DNA of 63,536 nucleotides from Peptococcaceae bacterium (GCA_019415505.1 DXZC01000001.1:1-63536), one strand, 5' to 3'; shown: positions 12,314 through 22,235, counted from the stretch's first letter. A program made the numbers and translations. The notes: generated by a model not told the origin, from the sequence alone.

Positions 12314-13160
12314 GCGTGTTAACCCTATATTTTTTCACCGCGGCTATATCGCCCTCATATTTTAGCAAAAAATTATAGGTGGAATCCACAATACCGTCGT
12401 TTAGGCTCTCTACATTAAGGCGCACTAAAACCCTGGCCCAATCAAGAGCCTCGGCAATGCTGGGTTTTTTCCGCAAGTCCAACCGCCGTACGGCTGCTAA
12501 AAAATCGCAGATACTTGCAGCTAGAGCTGGGCCAACACCGGGAACCTTGGCTTTAATTATCGCCAATTCCCGTTCTCTATCTGGATAATCAAGATAATAG
12601 TGTACGCAACGGCGTTTTAAACCGTCGCTAAAGTCCCTGGCGCCGTTGCTGGTTAAAATTACCAAGGGCGGCTCTTTAGCCTGAACAGTACCCCATTCAG
12701 GAATGGTAACGGCATAATCGCTAAGGGCTTCCAGCAGAAAGCTCTCAAAAGCCTCGTCGCTTTTATCAATCTCATCAATTAAAAGCACCGCTTTTTTCTC
12801 ACTGCCAAAGGCCCTCAGTATCGGCCGGGGCAGGAGGAATTCCTCAGAAAAAATTTCGCCGGACACTTCACGCCATTCCCCGCCCCGCCGGTTTTCCAAA
12901 TATAATAGCTGCTTTTGGTAATTCCACTCATAAAGAGCATGGTGCTCGTCCAGCCCCTCGTAACACTGGAGCCGAATAAAATCCATCTGAAAGCCCTGGG
13001 CCAAGCAGCGGCCTAAATCGGTCTTGCCTACCCCTGCCGGACCCTCCAATAATATGGGCTTGGCCAGTTCCTCAGCCATGGCTACCACTAAGGATAGAGA
13101 GTCGTCAATATAATAATTTTCTTGTTGTAAAATTTCTCTTACATTTTTTTCCGTAAACAT
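12309..13160 (-). CDS. MoxR/CoxD-like AAA+ ATPase
   Basis: Walker A GPAGVGKT and Walker B LLIDEIDK. ATG at 13160 follows a GGAG RBS; the track start at 13172 is a TTG. Confidence 0.8.
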   Translation of the reverse strand: MFTEKNVREILQQENYYIDDSLSLVVAMAEELAKPILLEGPAGVGKTDLGRCLAQGFQMDFIRLQCYEGLDEHHALYEWNYQKQLLYLENRRGGEWREVSGEIFSEEFLLPRPILRAFGSEKKAVLLIDEIDKSDEAFESFLLEALSDYAVTIPEWGTVQAKEPPLVILTSNGARDFSDGLKRRCVHYYLDYPDRERELAIIKAKVPGVGPALAASICDFLAAVRRLDLRKKPSIAEALDWARVLVRLNVESLNDGIVDSTYNFLLKYEGDIAAVKKYRVNTP

Positions 13161-13224
13161 TTGTCGCTCCAATATCTCAATTATATGCTATAATATATAT
13201 TATCATACAACTAGGGAGTTTGTC

Positions 13225-14574
13225 ATGGAAAAAATCATCGCCGATTTTGCCCACAGTCTCGCCAAGGGCGGCATAAAAATATCAATCACAGAAATTACCG
13301 ACGCTCTCCGGGCCTTAAACCGTTTTGGCCTGGATAACGAAGGAAAATTTTATCAGATTTTAAAGGCGGCAATGGTTAAGGACGCTGCTGATTACGAGGT
13401 ATTTGACTTAGCCTACAACCTTTATTTTCATAAAGCCGTCCCCGCTGACCCCAGCGCCAAGCCGGCAACGCCTTGCCATAAAGGGGACATTCCCTTAAAG
13501 GGCACAGCCGGTATGTCCGACAAGGCTAAAAGCTTTTACGGCGCGATTCTTCAGAGCGACCAAGCAGCTATAGCGGCGGCGGCTAGCGAGGCTGTCAGCG
13601 AGGCCGACCTCAGCTCCCTAGACTTAGAGGGCCTTTTACACCAAGTAAAAGTTACCCTTTCCTGGTTTATGGTGGAAAACGCTTTAGAAATGAATCACTG
13701 TTCAGCAGGTCAAGAGCAGCTAGGGCATTTGGAACAGGAACTGCGGGTCTCCTTGGCGCAAAAGCTGGCGGCAACTCAAAGCGACGCCGCGAATACCTTA
13801 TTAGCAGCGGAAAACCTTACGGAAAAGGATTTTAACTCCCTCAGCGCCAGACAGGTAAAAGCCATGGAAAAACGGGTTGAAAAACTAGGCCGCCAGCTCG
13901 GCTCCCGCTATTCTTACCGTTTAAAGCCAAGCAAACAGGGGATTATCAATATGCGCAAGGTTATGGCGGAAACGGCCAAGCGGGGCTACCCGCCCAGCCG
14001 CATGCATTACCTGGCCAAAAAACGCGATAAGCCCTCACTGCTGATTCTTTGCGATATCTCCGGTTCCATGGCCCAATACAGCAGCTTTTTCTTACAGTTG
14101 GTTTACGCCATGGAAAAGCGGTTCCAGGATATACAGTCCTTTTTGTTTATTGATAATATTGTGGCAGCTAACTTTCCTCGCAACAGCAACAATCCCGGCG
14201 CGGCGATTGCGGCGGCAATATTAGAGGCCTATGTGCCCAGAACAGGCAGAACTGGCCAGCATTGCACCACCACCGGGGTATCCGATTATGGCAAGGCCTT
14301 TCATTTTTTCCTGGAAAAATTCAGCGCTACGTTAGAACCCCACAAAACAGTTTTGATTCTGGGCGACGCTAAAAATAACTGGTTCCCAGCCAAGCGGGAA
14401 AATCTCCAGGCTATTGCCCAAAAGGTCAAGGAAATTATTTGGCTTAATCCCCAACCCCAGGCCGCCTGGAACACAGAGGACAGCGTCATCAATGTTTACG
14501 CCCCCTATTGCCGTAGGGTAGTAGAATGTCGCAATTTAAAGCAGTTAACAGAGATAGCCCAGCAGCTAAGCTAA
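13225..14574 (+). CDS. VWA-domain protein, CoxE-like
   Basis: C-terminal von Willebrand A domain with MIDAS LILCDISGSM. It is divergent from the MoxR ATPase. Confidence 0.75.
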   Translation: MEKIIADFAHSLAKGGIKISITEITDALRALNRFGLDNEGKFYQILKAAMVKDAADYEVFDLAYNLYFHKAVPADPSAKPATPCHKGDIPLKGTAGMSDKAKSFYGAILQSDQAAIAAAASEAVSEADLSSLDLEGLLHQVKVTLSWFMVENALEMNHCSAGQEQLGHLEQELRVSLAQKLAATQSDAANTLLAAENLTEKDFNSLSARQVKAMEKRVEKLGRQLGSRYSYRLKPSKQGIINMRKVMAETAKRGYPPSRMHYLAKKRDKPSLLILCDISGSMAQYSSFFLQLVYAMEKRFQDIQSFLFIDNIVAANFPRNSNNPGAAIAAAILEAYVPRTGRTGQHCTTTGVSDYGKAFHFFLEKFSATLEPHKTVLILGDAKNNWFPAKRENLQAIAQKVKEIIWLNPQPQAAWNTEDSVINVYAPYCRRVVECRNLKQLTEIAQQLS

Positions 14575-14583
14575 AACTAAAAC

Positions 14584-14613
14584 AACGCCGTCCACTAGTT
14601 GGGACGGCGTTTA
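14584..14613. terminator. hairpin between the convergent VWA and EamA genes
   Basis: AACGCCGTCC-8 nt-GGACGGCGTT, a perfect 10-bp stem followed by TTT. Confidence 0.6.
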
Positions 14614-14737
14614 AATTGCCCGCTAAATATTATCTTATTTAAATAAGCTATAATTACTTTAAATCATCTTTTTACGCCCTGTAAAATTAATTTCCTAAAT
14701 CGCGCCGCCAAAGTCTAAACAGCGTTAAAAATTAAAA

Positions 14738-15688
14738 TCAGGCTTGCTGGGACGTTTCCGTTTCAGCGCCCCGTTCCAACCACTGTAGCCAAATGACAAC
14801 CAGTAAAACTATGGCAATGCCTATTATTTGGCTAAACAGCAAGGTTTGGCCAAAAATTACTAATCCCAAAATACAGGAGGTGGCTGGATCCAGAGTATAG
14901 GTAATTTGCACATAAGCCGGCTCCAAACGATTGAGAGCGTTGATATACAGCCAGTAACAGGCCGCGGTGGTCAATAAGCCGAAGCCCAATATGGGCAAAA
15001 GCACCAGGCCGTTACTGGCGGTAAAGGCTTGAGCAATATCAGCCAGAACCCGGGCCGGCGGGTGCATGAATAGAGAGATGAAAACCAGGGAAAAAAGCCC
15101 TTCATAGGCAATAATCGCGTTACTATCAACGTCATGAATTAAAAGGTACTTTTCCAAGGAAACCAAGGCAGCCCAGCTTACCATAGCGGTAATTGCCCAT
15201 ACTAAACCGATTAGATTTAAATTTCCTGAGCTGCCAAAAATATTCACCACTAAGGCTATGCCTATTATAGCTCCACACACAGCCACAACCTTTTGCCAGG
15301 TAATGGGGATTTTAAAGGCTAACCGAGAAATTATGATTAATAAAAAGAGATTACAATAAATAATTGTGGACACAACCCCAATGGGCAGATAGCTATAGGC
15401 CTGAACCGCGGCATAATTGTAAGCGGCGCTGGATAAACCGTTAAAAACCAGGGCCGGCACCAGCAACTTGGGAATTTTGAAGGCCTTAACATCATTTTTA
15501 ATAACCAGGATTGTAAAAAACGCTAATAAGAAGAATGGCGCTATAAGGGATATAGTGCCCTCCGTTAAGCCGAATCTACTGAGCAAGATAGAAAATGTGC
15601 CAAATGTACCCCAGAGAATAGCTGCCGAAATACCCATGAGGAAGCCAACCCTTTTTTGCGATAGCACCACTTTACCTCCACACACCAA
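14738..15688 (-). CDS. EamA/DMT-family transporter
   Basis: About 10 TM helices arranged as two EamA-like halves. The start is uncertain: GTG near 15667 after GGAGG, or ATG at 15637. Confidence 0.75.
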   Translation of the reverse strand: MVCGGKVVLSQKRVGFLMGISAAILWGTFGTFSILLSRFGLTEGTISLIAPFFLLAFFTILVIKNDVKAFKIPKLLVPALVFNGLSSAAYNYAAVQAYSYLPIGVVSTIIYCNLFLLIIISRLAFKIPITWQKVVAVCGAIIGIALVVNIFGSSGNLNLIGLVWAITAMVSWAALVSLEKYLLIHDVDSNAIIAYEGLFSLVFISLFMHPPARVLADIAQAFTASNGLVLLPILGFGLLTTAACYWLYINALNRLEPAYVQITYTLDPATSCILGLVIFGQTLLFSQIIGIAIVLLVVIWLQWLERGAETETSQQA

Positions 15689-15880
15689 AACTTTGACGCC
15701 ATAATTTAATAACAGCCTTTTAGGCTAGTTAGGGCCTCACAATACTGTATTATCCCACCGCTTACCTGAACAGTCAAGGAAAAATTTACATAAGTACACG
15801 CTTACGGCAAGACCTGCGCATAGTGGTTAAGCAGCTATTGGGGCAACCATATCAAACGGCAATAGCCTTGTTATATTAAT

Positions 15881-16690
15881 TTATACGGGAATGTCCTTTT
15901 TCGCAAAGATCTCCATGCCCAGGAAGTACAAAGCTATACCGGCGATATAGAGGATTAAGAACATCAAAATCGCGTCGGAGTCGCCGGCCATCAGGCCCTC
16001 GGTATTAAAAAGCGTCAGGGGGGTCGCGTATTTTAAAAACTCAAATTTATCTCCCACTTGGGATAGCATTTGTATCAGCACGAAAGCGATGACTAAACCC
16101 GCACCCCAGCCATAAGATTTACGAGCGTCATTAAACCAGCAGGAAAAACAGAAGCACAAGCCGCTTAAAAATATTAACAAGCCATAGAGAGCCACGTTAA
16201 TAATGACAAATTTACCAATCTCTAATTCACCGGGAAACATATATGACGCCACAGCCCAAGTAAAGAGCGCAGCCAAGGCCACCAGGAGAAAGAGCAGGGT
16301 CGATAAAACCCGCATTTGGGTAACAACCAAGGATTTTCTGGTGTGGGGCGTGGCCAAAAGGTAGGCCATAGAGCCATCGTCCACATAGCGCACCACTAAA
16401 CGGTTAGCTACAATAATGATAAAGACGGCGGGAAATACCACAAACAGAAAATCATAGAGATAATTTACCACAAATTCCAGAAGGGTCACGCCTACGTCGT
16501 CCATGCCAAAAGCGGCGAAGAGCTGGGGCATACCCTGGGCCATTAAATTAAGGCTATCGCCTAGCTTCGGGTCGAACATGGCCACAATCATACCGGCGTA
16601 AACAGCTAAAACAGCCCAGAAAATGATAAATAGTTTTAAATTAGCTTTAAATTCCTTGCTAAACAATACCCAGTTAATCATTGCTATCAC
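15881..16690 (-). CDS. ABC-2-type transporter permease
   Basis: Polytopic membrane protein, translationally coupled to the upstream ABC ATPase by a 17-nt overlap. Confidence 0.65.
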   Translation of the reverse strand: MIAMINWVLFSKEFKANLKLFIIFWAVLAVYAGMIVAMFDPKLGDSLNLMAQGMPQLFAAFGMDDVGVTLLEFVVNYLYDFLFVVFPAVFIIIVANRLVVRYVDDGSMAYLLATPHTRKSLVVTQMRVLSTLLFLLVALAALFTWAVASYMFPGELEIGKFVIINVALYGLLIFLSGLCFCFSCWFNDARKSYGWGAGLVIAFVLIQMLSQVGDKFEFLKYATPLTLFNTEGLMAGDSDAILMFLILYIAGIALYFLGMEIFAKKDIPV

Positions 16691-17561
16691 CCCCGTAAAA
16701 GCACATAAAAAGCTCTTCCAAGCTGCGGCCCCGCACAGCTAAGTCATCTACGCTGTAGTGGCTCAGCTTGGCGATGAGCTGGTCAAAACCGCCCCTTATC
16801 TCCGCTGTGACCTTATCGCCATCTTGGGACAAAATCTTTTCCCCAGCGCTAAAGGCCGCGGCCTCAGCCGTGGTTTTAAAGGTTATTTCCACTATGCGGC
16901 TTTTGGCCCGGCGCAAAGCCTTAATATCCTCTATAGCCACAATGCGACCGGCTTTTATAATTACCCCTTGGTCGCAGGTTTTTTCCACTTCCTCAAAAAT
17001 ATGGGAGGACATGAGTATGGTCTTTCCCTGCTGCTTCTCCGCCTTCACCAGCTCCACGAATTTATTTTGCATCAAAGGGTCCAGGCCGCTGGTTGGCTCG
17101 TCCAGAATCAGCGTGGCGGGATTACCCATAAAAGCGCAGACAATGGCGACCTTTTGCTTCATGCCCTTGGACATTTTGCCAATTCTGGTAGAGGCGTTAA
17201 GCTCAAAAAAATCAATTAAACTCCGTGCTTTAGTTAAATCCTTAATTTTTTTCAGCTGGGCGATGAATTTAATAAATTCCCAGCCAGTCATATTGCCCAT
17301 AAAGGAGATTTCACCAGGGAGGTAGCCCAAGTCCTCGCTAATAGCGGCGGCATCCCGAAAGCAGTCCCGGCCCATAATAGTAACAACGCCCTGATTGGGC
17401 CGGGTAAAGCCCAGCAATTGACGGATTGTGGTAGTTTTACCGGCGCCGTTAGGCCCTAAAAAGCCCATTACCTCCCCTTTTTGTACCGCAAAGCTGGCGT
17501 CAAAAACTCCCTTGCCATTGCCGTAATCCTTGGTAAGATTATCAACCTTGATTACTTCCAT
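16674..17561 (-). CDS. ABC transporter ATP-binding protein
   Basis: Walker A GPNGAGKTT, signature MSKGMKQK and Walker B LILDEPTSGLD. Confidence 0.92.
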   Translation of the reverse strand: MEVIKVDNLTKDYGNGKGVFDASFAVQKGEVMGFLGPNGAGKTTTIRQLLGFTRPNQGVVTIMGRDCFRDAAAISEDLGYLPGEISFMGNMTGWEFIKFIAQLKKIKDLTKARSLIDFFELNASTRIGKMSKGMKQKVAIVCAFMGNPATLILDEPTSGLDPLMQNKFVELVKAEKQQGKTILMSSHIFEEVEKTCDQGVIIKAGRIVAIEDIKALRRAKSRIVEITFKTTAEAAAFSAGEKILSQDGDKVTAEIRGGFDQLIAKLSHYSVDDLAVRGRSLEELFMCFYGGDSND

Positions 17562-18180
17562 TTAGATACTCCTCCTTATAAGCTGCCTGCCGTAAAACAC
17601 GGCACCAAAAGCGAAATTCCTCTAGCAGAGCCTCAGCGTCCAGGGCCTCGCCACTCCGCTCTTTAAAGTGTAAATAACCGTCGCTGAGCCAAATAAGCAT
17701 ATTGAGAATGCGCTCCGGCTCCATACCCTCCCGAAACTTGCTTAAATTCACACTCTGAAAGTACCGCTCCATTACAGCGGACATAGTTCTCTGAACCGCA
17801 TTATCTATATCCGCCGATATCGTCTCATTTTTAGAATAATAAGCCCGCAAAGAAAATTGAACTAACCAGGGATTATCCGGTAATAGCTGAGCGCGTTTTT
17901 GGGTTGCCCACTCCAAGAGGGTGAAAAAATCAACGTCCGGTTCTTGGGGCATTTCCGCCAGGCTTTGGCGCAACAAGGCTTCGCCATATTGATAGAGAAA
18001 ATTATAGAACTCCCTTTTATTGCGAAAATAGTGAAACAGCAGTCCTTTTGAAATGCCGGCCTTGGCGGCTATTTCCTCTGTAGAGGCGTTTTTATAGGGG
18101 TTTTTGGCAAACACCTCTAAACCGCTATTTATTATCCGCTGCCGCTTTTCCCCAGGCAAAGAATAAAACTTTTCGTTCAT
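17542..18180 (-). CDS. TetR/AcrR-family transcriptional regulator
   Basis: N-terminal HTH ASTEEIAAKAGISKGLLFHYFRNK. It is the first gene of the TetR-ABC unit. Confidence 0.88.
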   Translation of the reverse strand: MNEKFYSLPGEKRQRIINSGLEVFAKNPYKNASTEEIAAKAGISKGLLFHYFRNKREFYNFLYQYGEALLRQSLAEMPQEPDVDFFTLLEWATQKRAQLLPDNPWLVQFSLRAYYSKNETISADIDNAVQRTMSAVMERYFQSVNLSKFREGMEPERILNMLIWLSDGYLHFKERSGEALDAEALLEEFRFWCRVLRQAAYKEEYLNGSNQG

Positions 18181-18313
18181 CGTTGTTAACCTATCTTCTA
18201 ACCTATAGTTTTTGGAAAAAAGTTACTAAGTTGTTAACCTAGCGTTACTGACCTATCTATCGTTGCCATTATCGGCTATTGTCTCTTACACAACTGACAA
18301 CGGCCAATTTTTT

Positions 18314-18332
18314 ATTGACCAAAACAGTCAAT
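18314..18332. promoter_or_regulatory. candidate TetR operator upstream of the TetR-ABC unit
   Basis: ATTGAC-N7-GTCAAT palindrome. A third ATTGAC half-site lies at 18349-18354. Confidence 0.5.
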
Positions 18333-18376
18333 ACACTTAGTATACCCCATTGACTAAAAAGCGCAACCCCCTAAGC

Positions 18377-18404
18377 AGAGAAAAAGGCAGCAAATACGCT
18401 GCCT
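18377..18404 (-). terminator. rho-independent terminator (second one downstream of ispH)
   Basis: AGGCAGC-6 nt-GCTGCCT followed by TTTTTCTCT in minus sense. Confidence 0.7.
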
Positions 18405-18517
18405 GTAATTAACCGGTTATTAAATTTTACTCCCTGCTGGACGGCAACAGCGGCATAAAGTTTAGCCATAATTTAATACCTAACTGACATAGATTTTTCT
18501 GAATCAGTATTCTCGTC

Positions 18518-18621
18518 ATTACAATCGGTATTTCTGACTTTACAATCTACATTACCAACATTGCAGTCGCTATGCCCGACATTACAACTGCATTACCAAC
18601 TTCGCAATCACTATACCCGAC
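18518..18621. repeat. five tandem 20-21-bp degenerate repeats of two alternating subtypes
   Basis: attacaatcggtatttctgac / tttacaatctacattaccaac / attgcagtcgctatgcccgac / attacaactgcattaccaac / ttcgcaatcactatacccgac. Confidence 0.8.
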
Positions 18622-18631
18622 CATGCAAAAA

Positions 18632-18672
18632 GTTAAGGGGACAACGCTGTGGCGTTATCCCCTTAATACCTA
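18632..18672 (-). terminator. rho-independent terminator immediately after ispH::S1
   Basis: TTAAGGGGA-(AACGC/GCGTT inner stem)-TCCCCTTAA followed by CTTTTTGC in minus sense. Confidence 0.75.
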
Positions 18673-18676
18673 AATT

Positions 18677-20848
18677 TTATTCTTCGTCTTTATTTTCGGC
18701 TTCCTGCACCATATCGCCAATGGTTACAACATCCTCGTCAGGTACGTAAGCCGGTTCTTCCTCAACCGCTTCCTCTTTCACCGGGGCTGCTTCAGGCTGG
18801 GGGCGATCCAAGGTTTCCTTAATACTCAGGCTAATTTTCTTACTATCCAGGTCAAAGCCTAGAACCTTTACCTTAACAATATCGCCGGGAGTAACGGCGT
18901 CCTCGGTTTTTTCTACTCTGGTCCAGGATAGCTGGGATATATGTACCAAGCCTTCAACGCCTGGTTCTAACTGCACAAAAGCGCCAAAGGTAGCGGTACG
19001 CACAACCTTGGCTTCAACAATAGCGTCAACCGGATATTTATCCGGTACTGTGCTCCAAGGATTGGGAATGAGCTGTTTTAAGCCGAGAGAAATTTTCTCG
19101 TTTTCCCGGTCCACACCGAGTACATAAACGTCTATTTCATCGCCAATATTTAAAATTTCCGAGGGATGATTTACCCGGTACCAAGCCATTTGCGAAACAT
19201 GGAGCAGACCGTCTACACCGTCTAAATCCACAAAAGCGCCAAAGTTGGTTATACGCTGCACAACACCGTGACGGGTTTGGCCCTCTTCGATTTCCGCCCA
19301 AACTTTATCGTGTTTCTTAGCCTTTTCCAACTCCAGATAGGCTTTTCTGGAAAGAATAAGCTTATTATGATTTTTATCACATTCCAGAACCTTAAACTGG
19401 ATGGTCTGGTCTTTATACTTATCCAACTGGTTAACAAAGCCGGTTTCCACCAGAGAGGCGGTAACAAACCCTTTAAGGCCAACGTCAACCAAAAGTCCGC
19501 CCTTCACCACATCCAGAACTTTACCTTCCAGAATGTCGCCGTCCTCCATTGCTTTAGCCAGCTTATCCCAGGCTATATCCACGTCCACTTTCTTTTTGGA
19601 AAGTATGGGATGACCGTCCTCGTTTTCTCTTCTTAAAACTAGGACTTCCACTTCATCGCCTTCATGGAACAAATCCACCAGGTTTTCCGCTTCAGAGGGG
19701 GTAAACTCATTTTTGGGAATAACACCCTCGCTTTTACCGCCAATATCGACCATAACTTCACTATCGGAAACTTTAATAATAGTACCTTTCAACCGCTCGC
19801 CACGACGGATAACTGCACATTCTTTATCAAAAGCCGCATAAGACGCAGCCATTGTTTCCTCTTCTTCCGCACTGTCCTCTTGGGGTTTAACTTCAGCTAC
19901 AGCGGCGTCCTCCTGGGGTGCTGCTGCTTCAGCTACAGTTTCGGTTACTTCCTCAACCTTTTCCATTGTTTCTTCGGTGTTTTCCACCTCTAAGTTTTTC
20001 TCTTCCATTACATTGTCCTCCTTCATTTTTTCCATGACCTCCTCAATAATCCAATCCGGGGTCGAGGCGCCGGCGGTTAACCCAACCTTCTTGTCCTCTA
20101 AATTGTTTATTTCATTTTTAATCATGTCTATTTCAGCGGCGTCCTCAACTATAAAGGTTGTGGCGCCTTTTTCGGCGGCTATATCCGCCAATTTTTTGGT
20201 GTTAGCGCTATTTTTACCACCAATAACTAGCATAATATCAACTGTTTCAGCTAGAGAAGCAGCCTCGGCTTGCCGCTCTGAGGTTGCCTTACAAATGGTG
20301 TTACGCACAACAACCTGGGGTACTATACCCTCTATATATTCTACTATTTCCCGGAATTTAGCTGATGATTGAGTTGTTTGGGACAATATTCCTACTTTAG
20401 CCGGGAAAACAATATCTTTGGCTTCAGCCAGTGAGTTTACCACAATGGCATTATCAGCCAAAAAACCCAGTATACCAATGACTTCAGGGTGATTTTTGTC
20501 TCCCACTACCACTACGCTATCACATTCTTTTTGCAGTTGACAAGCAATTGACTGAGCCTTTTGGACAAAGGGACAGGTGGCGTCTATAATGTGGAGCCGC
20601 CTTTTTTTCAAGGCCTCAATAACTTGGGGCGGCACCCCATGGCTACGAATGATCACCGTATCGCCGGTAATATCCTCAACCCCTTGCACACCGAAAACTC
20701 CCAGAGTTTCCAAACGCTGCACTTCGCGGGGATTGTGGATTAAAGGACCTAAAGAGCAGATATTGCCCTTATTGCTATTATCCAAAGCCATTTTAATGGC
20801 TCGTTTCACGCCAAAGCAAAAACCGGCGCTTTTTGCCATTATAATCAT
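18677..20848 (-). CDS. ispH: bifunctional 4-hydroxy-3-methylbut-2-enyl diphosphate reductase (IspH) / ribosomal protein S1-like (four S1 domains)
   Basis: N-terminal IspH domain (GFCFGVKRA, HNP, ATCP, TxQTT). An acidic linker follows, then four S1 OB-fold repeats (e.g. GxVxxItxFGAFVDL). Confidence 0.9.
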   Translation of the reverse strand: MIIMAKSAGFCFGVKRAIKMALDNSNKGNICSLGPLIHNPREVQRLETLGVFGVQGVEDITGDTVIIRSHGVPPQVIEALKKRRLHIIDATCPFVQKAQSIACQLQKECDSVVVVGDKNHPEVIGILGFLADNAIVVNSLAEAKDIVFPAKVGILSQTTQSSAKFREIVEYIEGIVPQVVVRNTICKATSERQAEAASLAETVDIMLVIGGKNSANTKKLADIAAEKGATTFIVEDAAEIDMIKNEINNLEDKKVGLTAGASTPDWIIEEVMEKMKEDNVMEEKNLEVENTEETMEKVEEVTETVAEAAAPQEDAAVAEVKPQEDSAEEEETMAASYAAFDKECAVIRRGERLKGTIIKVSDSEVMVDIGGKSEGVIPKNEFTPSEAENLVDLFHEGDEVEVLVLRRENEDGHPILSKKKVDVDIAWDKLAKAMEDGDILEGKVLDVVKGGLLVDVGLKGFVTASLVETGFVNQLDKYKDQTIQFKVLECDKNHNKLILSRKAYLELEKAKKHDKVWAEIEEGQTRHGVVQRITNFGAFVDLDGVDGLLHVSQMAWYRVNHPSEILNIGDEIDVYVLGVDRENEKISLGLKQLIPNPWSTVPDKYPVDAIVEAKVVRTATFGAFVQLEPGVEGLVHISQLSWTRVEKTEDAVTPGDIVKVKVLGFDLDSKKISLSIKETLDRPQPEAAPVKEEAVEEEPAYVPDEDVVTIGDMVQEAENKDEE

Positions 20849-20963
20849 TATATTCTACCTGTCCATAGTTTATTCGCATTTACCTAAAATTTTCCTGCTT
20901 ATAATAACGCTAAAATTTCACCTAAATTGCGACAAAATATTACACATGGAGACTATTTCCACC

Positions 20964-21551
20964 CTATATTAAGGCAGCAACCGCTTCTTCTTGCTTTTTC
21001 AACATACGTTGCTGTGTTTCTTTGCGCTTTTCTCCCTCTAGGGCTTCATAGGGGAAAGATTTTCCAACTTTTATCTTAACAGTAGCGCCAAAATATTTGA
21101 ATAATGGGGCGTCATACCGAATACCCATAGGCACAATGGTACAGGGCGCTTGGGAGGCTATAAAGCAGACCCCAGACTTAAAGGGCAACATTTTACCATC
21201 CCGGGAGCGGGTGCCTTCGGGGAATACGCCTAAAACGCCGCCTTCCCGCAAAACATTAATAGCAGCTTTGATGGCCTTGCGGTCCACTCCGTCCCTATCC
21301 AAGGGTATTACGTTGAGGTGTCTAAAAAACCAAGACTTAAATTTGCTATCTTTAATTAATTCCTCTTTGCCCAAAAAGTGCATTACTCTTTTTGTCGCCA
21401 ATCCCATGAGAACAGGGTCGCCATAAAACTGATGATTAGCTACAATCAACACTGGACCTTCTGGTGGAATATTCTCTAAACCCTCGTATTCTAAGCGACG
21501 GGGCGCCTTTAAAATTAATTTAGCAATCCCCCGCATAAACCTATAAAACAT
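20964..21551 (-). CDS. plsC: 1-acyl-sn-glycerol-3-phosphate acyltransferase
   Basis: HX4D motif (NHQFYGD) and FPEGTRS motif. Confidence 0.85.
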   Translation of the reverse strand: MFYRFMRGIAKLILKAPRRLEYEGLENIPPEGPVLIVANHQFYGDPVLMGLATKRVMHFLGKEELIKDSKFKSWFFRHLNVIPLDRDGVDRKAIKAAINVLREGGVLGVFPEGTRSRDGKMLPFKSGVCFIASQAPCTIVPMGIRYDAPLFKYFGATVKIKVGKSFPYEALEGEKRKETQQRMLKKQEEAVAALI

Positions 21552-22235
21552 TTACTGTATCTTCCTCCAAAGCTCAATAATAGCATTGGTTATTTGCGCC
21601 ACACTCAGGCCGTCCGAATCCAGCAGTATCGCGTCCTCAGCCCGGCGCAGGGGATTATGCTCCCTGGTGCTGTCCAAATGATCCCGGCGTTGCAAATCAG
21701 CAATCACTTCTTCTAAAGTCAGGCTAGCAATTCCCTTGGCTAGCCATTCCGCATAGCGCCGGCGGCCTCTTTCCTCCGGGGAAGCTGTCAGATATATTTT
21801 CAAAGCAGCGTTGGGTAAAACATTGGTGCCAATATCCCGACCGTCCATTACCACGCCGCAATTCTCTGCCAAGCGCCGCTGTTTGGCCACTAAATTTTGG
21901 CGCACACCTTGGTAGCTGCAAACCTGGGACACATTTTTGGTAACAGCGGTGTTACGTATGGCTTCGCTCACATCCTGACCATCTAAAAACACCTTGTAAT
22001 CCTGTCCCTGGCCCTGCAATTCAAGGCGACAGGACTCAGCTAAAGCTGTTACCGCAGCTTCATCCCCAGGGTCAACCCCTGTTTCCAGTACCTTCAGGGT
22101 TATAGCCCGATACATAGCGCCAGTATCTATATACTTAAAGCCTAAACGACGGGCCAGTTCCTTAGCAACGGTGCTTTTCCCCGCGCTGGAAGGTCCGTCT
22201 ATAGCAATGGCTTTAACAGTATCTACCTTTTCCAT
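21552..22235 (-). CDS. cmk: cytidylate kinase
   Basis: IAIDGPSSAGKST P-loop and DGRDIGT motif. Confidence 0.93.
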   Translation of the reverse strand: MEKVDTVKAIAIDGPSSAGKSTVAKELARRLGFKYIDTGAMYRAITLKVLETGVDPGDEAAVTALAESCRLELQGQGQDYKVFLDGQDVSEAIRNTAVTKNVSQVCSYQGVRQNLVAKQRRLAENCGVVMDGRDIGTNVLPNAALKIYLTASPEERGRRRYAEWLAKGIASLTLEEVIADLQRRDHLDSTREHNPLRRAEDAILLDSDGLSVAQITNAIIELWRKIQ

